This document shows, one piece after another, positions 56,673 through 64,000 of a DNA stretch of 64,000 nucleotides (position 1 is its first letter; every line of letters starts with the position of its first letter). The notes beneath the pieces are model-generated. The model was not told where the DNA came from and made no database searches. It saw only the letters and a program-made list of their open reading frames with translations. Origin of the DNA: Octopus vulgaris (lineage: Eukaryota); NCBI GenBank assembly GCA_951406725.2, contig OX597823.1, forward strand, positions 24,180,001 to 24,244,000, given 5' to 3'. The position numbers and the translations under genes were made by a program.

Positions 56673-59600
56673 ATCATCATCATCGTCATCATTGTTTAAC
56701 ATCCGTTTTCCATACTGGCATGGGTTTGACTGTTTGACTGAGGTCTGCAGAGCCAGCAGCTGTACCAGGCTCCATTCTGATCTCACAATGTTTCTACAGC
56801 TGGATGCCCTTCCTAATGCCAACCACTCCAATGGTGTAGTGGGTGCTTTTTATGTGCTACCAGTACAGGATCCAGTCAGGCAGGCCTGGCATCAATCACA
56901 TTTGAATAATGTTTTTTATGCACTACCAGCATGGGGGCCAGTCAGTGGGTACTGGCATCGGCTACATTCAGATGATGCTTTTTACATGCCACTGGCATGG
57001 GAGCCAGTCAGGGGACACTAGCCACTGCTACGATATTGGTTTTACTTAACTCAACATGTCTTCTCAAGCATATCATATCATTAGGGGTACTTTTTACTGG
57101 GCTGGACATGCATGGTTGTTATCTCACTTTAGTTGAGTTTTCTTAATCACAGTATATCTCCAAAGGTCTCGGTCTCCTGTCATTTCCTTTGTGAGGCCCA
57201 ATGTACGAAGGTCATGCTTCACTTCCTTATCTCATGTCTTCCTGAGTCAACCTCTTCTACAGGTTCTTTCCACAGTTAGAGTGGCACTTCCTCATGCAGC
57301 TGTTTTCATCCATATGTAACACATGACCATACCAGCACAGTCGTCTCTCTTGCACACCACATTTGATGCTTCTTATGCCCAACCTTTCTCTCAAGGCACT
57401 TACACTCTGTCTTGTATGCACACTGACATTACACATCCAGCAGATCATACTAGCTTCATTTCTTTCAAGCCTATGCATGTCCTCAACAGTCATGGCCCAT
57501 GTTTCACTGCTGTGTAGTATGGCAGTTTGCACACATGCATCATTCAGTCTACCTTTCATTCTGAGTGAGAAGCCCTTAGTTGCCAGCAGAGGTAGGAGCT
57601 CCCTGAACTTTGCCCAGGCTATTCTAATTCTAGCCACTACACTCTCAGAGTAACCAGCCCCACTACAAACTTGGTTGCCTAGATAGCAGAAGCTATTAAC
57701 TACTCCTAATTTCTTCCCCGGGCATGTGATGGAATTTGTTTTCTGTACATATTCAGTAGTTCATGGACCCCCAGTACTACCTTCGTGAACTCCAGGGTGG
57801 GAACCACTGTTATAACAGGAAAAGCATACACTTATCTAGCCTTTACACAGATTCCCACCAGTAACAGTCAAAATCAATCTACCTTTCCACTGAGAATTCT
57901 GCCTAAGATAGTGCTATACTGAGCACCTTTTCATTCCATGTGATATTGTCTGAAGAACTACATAGAACTTACAACCAGTGGCTTCAGGAAAATTTCATTT
58001 AGCAGATATATGCTTTCAAGTTCATGTCCAGAGAAAAGTCCACCTCACTGTTCAATTTTATCTGGAGGTTCTAGAAACAGGAAAATGATCTCTCCAGCAT
58101 AAGCTCATGTTCCACTCCTTTGCCAGAGCATATAACTGCAGCCTTTATTTTTCTGACCAAGCCACAGGAAAACAAAACACATATATACATATACAAGTAG
58201 GGTATCTGAATAGGTGAAGCTTTTGTTGCAGAAAATGATGAGTTTGAGGTTTATCCTACTTGAACTGGGTTACAGGAGAGCCATGTTGGTTAATATAGAA
58301 AGTATCACTGACATAGTACAGGATTTTTGAATATAGATTGAGACAATATTGAAAGAGTATGAAGTATATACAAGATCACACAAAAACTGATGCAAATTGG
58401 TGCTCTTAAGCCAAGGCACATGGAGAGATATAAGCCCATACTGGCCAGTACTGACTTCTGTCACTACACTGAGAGCTAAATGAAAGTGCTCAAAATCTGG
58501 CTTTGAATAGACCTTCAAGTTGATAGGAACTGGGAAGATGTTAAAACCAAGGCTATTAATTTCACTTAGAAATGGTTTGAGAGGAAGATGCTCTTCAGTA
58601 GTTTGATAGAAGTTGTGAACGTACATTTTGATTTGGAGGTGAACTACTGTTTGACCATTAAACCTTGTCTCAATGTACATCAGACCAGACTGAAGAGGAT
58701 GCTTTCCTAATTATTTTGAAAGAAACACGCTCCACTGGTAGAAAATCCATCTGCTGCCACCAACCACTCCATGTCATGTAGCATCCCTGGTGATGCACAG
58801 GGATGCTTAGAGGCTGTCACATCTGCAGAAATATCTGGATACTGTAACGGTGAGGACAACAGAAAATGCAAGTAAACTGTTGTGCATATCTTTCCGCAAC
58901 TCAACTCTTGGGCCATGTTACAATTATGAGTCAAGAATTAACTAGGATTTGGCATTTGGTATCAAGAATGTTGCAAGTGTTTAAAGCACTATACCAGTAG
59001 GTCAAAGCCATTAGCAAGAAAACAACTATTGATTTCTATGAAAATTGAGTGTGCTAGTAATGATTGATCCTAGGCATCAGCGAGATGAGTCTAAACAGTG
59101 TTATCTGAAGGAATTTGGGGTTGGGGACTATGGATAACTTCAAAAAGTCCTTGGCATTACAATGTTATGTGAGTGGTAGAGGGCATTACTTATTTGAGGC
59201 AAGTTCAATAGGCATTGAATTGCCAACAGTTGAGCCTGTCTAATATACAAACAGGGAAATTAAACTGTTTTGTAAGTCACTGTTCAATGTCCACACAGTA
59301 GTGACTTTTGGAGTTTTTTTTATTAGAGAGTTGCTTTTGAGTGTAGGATGTATCTATACTACTGATCAACACACCACTTTACTTTGGGAGGGATGGGAGA
59401 TAATCTTTCTCTGGTTGCTGTGACAAATAGAGTTTGAGTGGGTGAACTTGTCTAAAAGGTTTCAAGACTAGCATTTTCCTATCTGGCCAAGCTTCCAACA
59501 ATTTCTTCAAATATATGAAGAGGAAAGTTTGAGTAGAGATATATGTGTGGCCTACTACCATGAGAGTGGCAAGACTGTTGAGTCTGAATGGATCTATGCT

Positions 59601-62600
59601 AAATATAATTTCCTAAGTAAGAAGAAACCAAAATTGGGTACTTTTGATGCCTTTGGAGATGACAGAGTAATTTGGAGTTTGTGTGGGGTTCATACCATAA
59701 GACCTTAGGTAAACAACCCTCCTATTGGGGAATTTTCTTCTTGAAATTTTCATTGACCTTTATTTTTATATCATTGTCTTACATGGCTAATAAAAGAAAT
59801 TATTAGAAATTTTGTTATTGTTGTCATCATCATCATCGTTTAACCAGATTGTTAATCCAATAATACAGGAAAGTATTCTAGCCAATCCCTGATACAGCAG
59901 AAGCATTATAAACAGCAACAAAAGCAAAAGGGATTCATTAGAGGAAATTATAGAGGCATCAAATCATTGATGCTAGCTATGAGGGCAAGAAAGTGAATCA
60001 TTGCATTGTTGATCCAAACGAAAGTAAACCTAGATGCAATGCAACTAAGTTGTAAGTAATAAAAAAGAAGACAAGGCTTGGGTGTCTTCAGAGAAGTGTT
60101 TTGTTGGATATACAGAAAAGTAGAAAGGATAAACTTGATACATTGTATTCAGTATGGCATGTGGCAGAGACATACTATGAATGCTTTAGAAAGATTTTCC
60201 AAAAGGCATAGATGGCTCGCTTAGAAGTAGTCAATAACTTCTGTTACCTGGCAGATACAATAAAAAGAGAAGGTGGTTGCTCAGAAAGAATGGTAGCCAG
60301 GATAAGAATATGCTGCAAAATGTTTGGGAAACTATTACCATCTCTGGCCACAAAAGTCTTTGTGTTCAGACTGAAGGGCAGATTGTATGACACTCATGCT
60401 AGAACTGCAATATTACATGATAGTGACACATAGATGTTGAATGCAGTAGACTTGCAAGGACTAGGAAGAAATGAATGCATGTTCTGATAGATTTGCACGA
60501 TTTTTATTCCTCAATGTAATGTTTGTGCCCTTCAATACAAAGCACTAAGGCTACATTGTCAGAACTGAGATGCTTGGATCCAGTTGTCTAGCTCAAGTGG
60601 CTGAGGCACTAACCCATAATTTGGTCTTTGGTTGACTGAGGAATTCTAAGTTGTTATTTTGTAGATCAATTTATAATAAATTGTCCATTTAAAATAAATC
60701 ATGCACCCTGCAGAGTGGTTTGTGTTAGGAAGGTCATCCAGCTGTAAAATCCGTGCCAAAACAGACACAGTAGCCTAGGGCTGTTTTTCTACCTGGCTGG
60801 CTCCTGTCAACTGTCCTACTCATGCATGCATGAAAGAAGGACACTAAACAATGATGATGATGATGCTATATATTTGATATGTTTGCTTGAATATAAAATG
60901 TCTTTCTCATTTTCTTTTGTTTCTTTTTTATCTAGCCGATGATGAACTTTATATAATTAAAAGAACTTCCATACCAGGGAAGGATACGTTTGGACTGCTG
61001 AAAAATGTGAACTTGGAGGAGTGTCGTCAAGCCTGTCATCAGACTCCAGAATGTAACTCTTTTGACTACAATGAAAGAGCTCAGGTCTGTGATCGAAGTA
61101 ATGCAACTCACTTGACTTATAACCTTCAACCCAGCAAATGGGGCTGGGATACTTACATTTTAAACCCAGGTCAGTAGAACGTTTTCATTTTAGTTTTTAT
61201 GTGTGCATGTGTTTTTGTGTTTATGTTTATTTAAATAGAGGTTCATGCATGTGTGCAATATACAGGGTGAATGAATAAACTGTCCTCTAAATTACGCAAA
61301 AATAAAAATAACACTGACATCTCATTTTGGCAGATATATTAACCAAAATTACATAAAAATATCTTCAAATACTAAAGAGTAAATTTATTCAATAAATTCA
61401 CCATTGGCTTCAACCACAGCCTCCAGACGACTTCAGAATTTCCTACAACTCTTCTGGACGGTCTCATTGTTTAAGTTGGTGAATGCTTTCATAATCCTTT
61501 CCTTCAGTTCATCTTTGGAGTTACAAGGAGTTTTGTTGGTCTCTTACTCAAATGCACCCCACACATAATAATGAAGGGGATTGCAGTCTAGGGAGTTAGA
61601 TGGCCAGATGTTAGGGGTGGTGTGGTCACTGAAATTGTCTGACAGCCATGACTGGGTTCCCCTGTTTGTGTAGTGTGGTGCAGAGTCCTGTTGCCAGACA
61701 CAGGGTCTTTCAGCAGCCACCCTCTTGACCCAGGGGAGCACTACCTTCTCTAAGCACTTGATGTAGGCCTCTGTGTTAAGTCTGAGGCTGTGTGGGAAGA
61801 TTAATGGAGGCACAACGTCACCATCGCTAGTAATCATTCCAAACACCATGATATTGATTGAATGTTTGTTTTATCACTTTCAGTACTTGTTTTGGGGACA
61901 CAGCAATCAAACAGTTGTTCACCATCTAATCCTGGCAAAAAGTTTTCTCATCTGAGGAAAACCAAAGCATGTTCTGTTGGAGGGGATGATTGAGTTTGTT
62001 CAAAAGCTTTGTAGTGTGGTCTTTCTTTTTGTCCTTGATTATTTGGGATAAAAATTAGCTCTTCCTCATCTTGTATGAGGAATACCAAATGTCTTCATGC
62101 ACTACCTGCCTGATAAGAAACTCAGACACTCCCACGTTCCTGGTGATGAACCTGATTGACTTGGAAGGATTGTTGTCAACCATGGCCTGGAAATCACAAA
62201 CAAATTCAGGAACTTTTTTTCTTATTGGAGTGAGTTTTACAAACTACCATACCTTCATAATCACCATTAGATTCATCCAATTCTTTCTTAACCCTCTATA
62301 TTGTCCTAAGATTGACACCCAAACACTCTGAGATATTCGTACTGGAGTTTCCAGCTTGAATGTCAAGCAGTACAGCATGTTGTTTCCAAATTTCTGGCAG
62401 AGTGAATTGTGTCATGCTGCTGTTTTTCTCACAGACAGTGCCCAAATGACCCTACTATACTGTATAGTCAACAAAATCAAAAACAAACAATGCACATGTG
62501 CATAATTAAGAATATAAAATAGCTACAATTTACCCATCACACCTTGAGACTAGTATAATTTCTTTTTGTCCCTATATCTAAAAGAATTTACATAAACTGA

Positions 62601-62972
62601 CATGAATTTACATAAACTGACAAGGCAAGTTAAGTTTAGTCCTCAGTAATTGAGTAAGGGTCACTGATGAGGATTAATTAAATCCAAAATCATCGATGAT
62701 CTGTCTATCTCACTTGCTGTAGGGAGCTTGTCTCCTCTTCATTCTCATCCTCCTCCTAACATACAAATATTCTTGATACCAATTTCTATTATCAATTCCA
62801 GCTCATGCAAATATTAACTGTGGAGCTCCAAAGGAAGTTGTTAGTGCAGTGAAGACCTACAAAACCGCCACCTATAAATCTGAAGTGACCTATACTTGTC
62901 CAAAGGGAGAACAACTAAAGTCCTTATGTGAAAAGAACAATAAATGGTCTCCAATGGTAAAAACCTGTAAAG
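824..62972 (+). CDS. Partial multi-exon gene for a large extracellular PAN/Apple-PAN/Apple-Sushi repeat protein: join(824..1063,7171..7404,11577..11747,17649..17888,24342..24575,30361..30531,38104..38274,40739..40978,47681..47914,50524..50694,54975..55211,60936..61169,62802..62972)
   Basis: 13 paralogous open segments, each preceded by a pyrimidine tract + AG and followed by GT at homologous positions. All are phase 1-1, total 2748 nt, with no stops and conserved Cys patterns. No start, signal peptide, TM segment or stop is in the window. That all exons join in one transcript is an inference. Confidence 0.85.
2149..5218 (-). mobile_element. Decayed R4/Dong-like non-LTR retrotransposon (RT + zinc knuckle + restriction-like endonuclease)
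   Basis: Minus-strand fragments [33 protein letters not shown] (RT); [19 protein letters not shown] (CCHC/RHD); many stops and frameshifts; bounded by TAA-type repeats. Confidence 0.8.
5219..5278. repeat. (ATT)n microsatellite
   Basis: Direct reading; others at 8515-8625 (AAT), 13044-13082, 25957-26040 (CTT/ATT) and 41330-41386 (AGT). Confidence 0.95.
6062..7010 (-). mobile_element. 3' fragment of R4/Dong-like element (RLE domain)
   Basis: [21 protein letters not shown]...LIELSCPFD...KYNPL..IIGALG; (TTG)n tract at the 3' end. Confidence 0.75.
7171..7404 (+). CDS. Exon B1, PAN/Apple domain type B
   Basis: ttctag|CT...CCAG|gtcagt, 234 nt; [28 protein letters not shown]...WDTY. Confidence 0.9.
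7520..8100 (-). mobile_element. RTE-type LINE 3' remnant
   Basis: Minus-strand reading ...[13 protein letters not shown]...[21 protein letters not shown] resembles the RTE C-terminal C2H2-like end. Confidence 0.5.
8100..8900 (+). mobile_element. Penelope-like element 3' remnant (GIY-YIG C-terminus + 3' region)
   Basis: [12 protein letters not shown]...[20 protein letters not shown]....LNRKLEW; hammerhead-like motif at 8854-8898. Confidence 0.6.
9034..9850 (+). mobile_element. Non-autonomous Helitron-like element
   Basis: A|TCTATATATATAAAACT...GCACGAGCTGGGCAATACTGCTAG|T: 5' TC, 3' CTAG, A/T insertion site, no TSD; termini shared with the elements at 18502 and 23841-24234. Confidence 0.65.
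10660..10960 (+). mobile_element. Penelope-like RT fragment
   Basis: [37 protein letters not shown] resembles the PLE RT segment after YxDD (FLDVTLDL...Y.PY). Confidence 0.5.
11028..11180. repeat. (CTAT)n microsatellite
   Basis: Direct reading; generates the spurious YLSI-repeat ORFs. Confidence 0.95.
11577..11747 (+). CDS. Exon C1, Sushi/CCP domain (missed by ORF track)
   Basis: ttctag|TT...GATG|gtaacg, 171 nt; [52 protein letters not shown] (4 Cys + Trp). Confidence 0.88.
12370..12880 (+). mobile_element. R4/Dong-like 3' fragment (RLE)
   Basis: HNRPDLVVV..., [20 protein letters not shown]...[18 protein letters not shown]; flanked by TAA repeats on both sides. Confidence 0.75.
13082..14880 (+). 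mobile_element. 5'-truncated R4/Dong-like non-LTR retrotransposon
   Basis: [27 protein letters not shown] (RT); [18 protein letters not shown]; [14 protein letters not shown]; RQPDIV..IIDVAIP (RLE); in-frame stops; starts immediately after (AAT)n. Confidence 0.88.
14883..15550 (+). mobile_element. Mariner transposase remnant
   Basis: [31 protein letters not shown]; ends YFEGD*. Confidence 0.75.
15916..16038 (+). repeat. Intronic near-identical copy of the 3' half of exon A2 (17746-17868)
   Basis: About 123 bp match at offset 1830 with 2 mismatches by eye; lacks the exon's splice sites. Confidence 0.92.
17649..17888 (+). CDS. Exon A2, PAN/Apple type A
   Basis: atctag|AT...AACC|gtaaat, 240 nt; [31 protein letters not shown]. 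Confidence 0.9.
19980..21460 (+). mobile_element. RTE-type LINE 3' fragment with a repeat-rich 3' UTR, preceded by a SINE-like head
   Basis: [37 protein letters not shown]; tail ends in (GAT)n; related copies at 57100-57740(-), 60200-60490(+) and 37740-38020(-). Confidence 0.75.
21700..21990. repeat. Long imperfect palindrome (foldback/MITE-like) within TA repeats
   Basis: About 135 bp arm 21700-21835 is the reverse complement of about 21856-21990; about 20 bp spacer. Confidence 0.85.
23841..24234 (-). mobile_element. Non-autonomous Helitron-like element
   Basis: Minus strand A|TCTTTATATATAAAAGTGAGG...CCCGAGCAACACCGGGCGATACTACAAG|T with a subterminal hairpin. Confidence 0.7.
24342..24575 (+). 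CDS. Exon B2, PAN/Apple type B
   Basis: atccag|CC...CCAG|gtcagt, 234 nt; [26 protein letters not shown]. Confidence 0.9.
25350..25660 (-). mobile_element. tRNA-derived SINE
   Basis: Minus-strand head GGAGGCGCAATGGCCCAGTGGTTAGGG (A box)...GTTTCAATTCCC (B box); its 3' part recurs in the opposite orientation at 36942-37041. Confidence 0.75.
27000..27870 (-). mobile_element. RTE-like LINE RT remnant
   Basis: [34 protein letters not shown]-like motif; frameshifted. Confidence 0.7.
27872..27967 (+). repeat. Rearranged intronic copy of two pieces of the exon B2 region
   Basis: 27872-27893 equals 24576-24597 (donor + intron); 27899-27967 matches 24417-24485 (exon interior, 3 mismatches). Confidence 0.88.
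28030..29600 (-). mobile_element. RTE-type LINE remnant (APE to RT region)
   Basis: [27 protein letters not shown]...[15 protein letters not shown] (APE C-terminus); [14 protein letters not shown]-like RT start. Confidence 0.75.
30361..30531 (+). CDS. Exon C2, Sushi/CCP
   Basis: cttcag|TT...AAAG|gtaatg, 171 nt; [12 protein letters not shown]...[26 protein letters not shown]. Confidence 0.88.
31009..35410 (+). mobile_element. Near full-length decayed Penelope-like element with pseudo-LTRs
   Basis: RT motifs [44 protein letters not shown]; [31 protein letters not shown]; direct repeats about 31235-31370 and 35275-35410; inverted copy at 31009-31151. Confidence 0.85.
37440..37740 (-). mobile_element. 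Penelope-like GIY-YIG fragment
   Basis: [35 protein letters not shown]...LSEHIEKC. Confidence 0.7.
38104..38274 (+). CDS. Exon C3, extra (orphan) Sushi/CCP
   Basis: tttcag|TT...AATG|gtaatg, 171 nt; [12 protein letters not shown]...[26 protein letters not shown]. Confidence 0.85.
39500..39850 (-). mobile_element. Helitron Pif1-type helicase fragment
   Basis: [45 protein letters not shown] (Pif1 motifs II-III, GDFRQ.LPV). Confidence 0.8.
40739..40978 (+). CDS. Exon A3, PAN/Apple type A
   Basis: ttccag|TT...AACC|gtaatt, 240 nt; [31 protein letters not shown]. Confidence 0.9.
43742..43925 (-). mobile_element. R4/Dong-like extreme 3' fragment
   Basis: [22 protein letters not shown]...[17 protein letters not shown]. 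Confidence 0.7.
43930..44635. mobile_element. Cluster of three related SINE copies (one minus, two plus)
   Basis: Shared core CCCGAAAGGATGAAAGGTAAAGTCGACC and its reverse complement GAGGTCAACTTTGCCTTTCATC; degenerate relatives at about 17170-17340, 54540-54690 and 63600-63760. Confidence 0.7.
44650..47070 (+). mobile_element. Second copy of the same Penelope-like family, internally deleted
   Basis: Aligns with 32420-35410 ([40 protein letters not shown]); about 0.5 kb RT deletion at about 45172 joined at an AGTG microhomology; 3' pLTR at 46920-47070. Confidence 0.85.
47681..47914 (+). CDS. Exon B3, PAN/Apple type B (most divergent)
   Basis: atccag|CC...CAAG|gtcagt, 234 nt; [28 protein letters not shown]. 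Confidence 0.88.
49697..50295 (-). mobile_element. Mariner remnant
   Basis: [11 protein letters not shown]...TAEEIQ...[21 protein letters not shown]. Confidence 0.75.
50524..50694 (+). CDS. Exon C4, Sushi/CCP
   Basis: tttcag|CT...AGAG|gtaatg, 171 nt; [12 protein letters not shown]...[26 protein letters not shown]. Confidence 0.88.
50887..51107. mobile_element. piggyBac-type MITE with TTAA TSD
   Basis: TTAA|CCTTTTGATACC...GATAACAAAAGGG|TTAA; empty site in the paralogous intron at about 11935-11960. Confidence 0.8.
52514..53801 (-). mobile_element. Near full-length decayed mariner element
   Basis: [36 protein letters not shown]; degenerate TIRs (TCAAAAAGTATC / GATACTTTTT); absent from the paralogous intron at about 16450. 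Confidence 0.85.
54975..55211 (+). CDS. Exon A4, PAN/Apple type A (one codon shorter)
   Basis: ttctag|AT...AAAC|gtaatt, 237 nt (frame-preserving 3-nt indel); [31 protein letters not shown]. Confidence 0.9.
56548..57809. mobile_element. hAT (Charlie-like) MITE with a nested RTE LINE 3' fragment (minus strand)
   Basis: TIRs CAGTGGTTCC / GGAACCACTG; 8-bp TSD TTATAGCA / TTATAACA; nested [16 protein letters not shown]...[13 protein letters not shown]. Confidence 0.75.
60200..60490 (+). mobile_element. RTE LINE fragment
   Basis: [18 protein letters not shown]...ARIRI...LKGRLYD. Confidence 0.7.
60936..61169 (+). CDS. Exon B4, PAN/Apple type B
   Basis: atctag|CC...CCAG|gtcagt, 234 nt; [26 protein letters not shown]...WDTY. 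Confidence 0.9.
61262..62545 (-). mobile_element. Decayed Tc1/mariner element, DD37D (maT-like)
   Basis: VWQQDSAP[18 protein letters not shown] with 37 residues between the second D and the mutated third position; degenerate TIRs CAGGGTGAATGAATAAACT / AATTTACCCATCACACCTTG. Confidence 0.8.
62802..62972 (+). CDS. Exon C5, Sushi/CCP
   Basis: ttccag|CT...AAAG|gtaatg, 171 nt; [12 protein letters not shown]...[26 protein letters not shown]. Confidence 0.88.
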
Positions 62973-64000
62973 GTAATGTAAATAGCTCATCTTCTGTTAT
63001 CTCTATCTATGTAATTTTGTTTTATTTTCAAGTGTCTTTGTCAGAGAAAGGCTGTATGTATGACAGTTTTTCATGGTGTTTATGACTGCTGGTAGAGAGA
63101 AAGGGAGTTATTCTCAGACTGTAGACCTCTCCAAATGTTTGCTGCTGAGTGAACTCTAGTAATGCTACCCAAAATCCAGGTAATGTTTTTAAATCAGATG
63201 ATGGATTAAATTAGTCAACCAAGAGCTGGAAGTGTTGAAACTTGTTCTCTCCAGCAGCCATCTACATTGTTTGCATCCACCAAATTTTTTCCTCAAGGCT
63301 TAACTCCCAAGCAAATTTTTAACCACAGACAAAACTCCACCCAATACTACATTGTTGTTAAGTAAACTTATTACCCAAACAGCTATAACTCAGCTCATCA
63401 TGATAGTTTTCCTCTTCATTTCTCACTTGACCTTTTCTACCTACACTTGTGTCAGCATTTAAAATTCTGTATAATATAATGCTGCAAGTACTCTATTAAA
63501 ACTGAGAAATCCTGTGAAACAGACTTCTGATGCCTTTGTTTTCTCACAGTTCACTACCCTTGACTATAATAATACTAGTAATAATAAAGGTTCCTGATTT
63601 GCACAAACTCAACAGTTTTTGGTCAGAGGTGTTTAGCCAATACTTTCAATCCTACTATTTGATTGATGCCATACTTTATTAGCCTCCACAAGAATGAAAG
63701 GCAAGGTTGATCTTCACTTGATTTGAACTGATAACCAAAAGAGCCTGAATACATATCATATAGCATTTCTTCCAGTTCTCTAATTAGAATACAAGATATT
63801 GTTATACATGGGGATAATAATCTTTTACCACTTAAATACACACACTATTTATTTGATCTTCATTTTAGTTTTTATCATAATATTTTTAGTGTATTTGTAT
63901 GTCAAAGGTTTTTCATCACATATTCTGAGACTTCTTCAGTGACTCTGTCCCATGTGTCTCCTCTTATCCTGTCAATTCCATTTTGTTTTTCTGTGGTATG

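Noticed and set aside
57850-59750. ORFs 58270-58680 and 58707-58934 (minus)
   Set aside because: No recognisable motifs; probably old retroelement debris, and the family cannot be assigned by eye.

Overview
AT-rich, microsatellite- and transposon-dense eukaryotic DNA. The SINE/LINE repertoire looks cephalopod (Octopus-like); this is an inference. The window lies inside one large + strand gene with no start or stop visible. I can reconstruct 13 intact coding exons, each AG/GT-bounded, each one domain long and each symmetric phase 1-1. Their order is A-B-C, A-B-C, C, A-B-C, A-B-C, where A (240/237 nt) and B (234 nt) are two classes of 4-Cys PAN/Apple domain and C (171 nt) is a compact Sushi/CCP domain. 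Joined, they give 2748 nt (916 codons) with no stop. The array arose by tandem duplication of a 14-23 kb unit whose intron flanks still align. B domains have diverged far more than A domains, which suggests a diversifying extracellular recognition protein that could also be combinatorially spliced. Two pieces of exon were copied into nearby introns (templated insertions). The introns hold decayed R4/Dong-like, RTE and Penelope-like retroelements, hammerhead-like motifs, Helitrons, mariner/maT, hAT and piggyBac-type MITEs, and tRNA-SINEs. Most entries in the ORF track are spurious or transposon debris.
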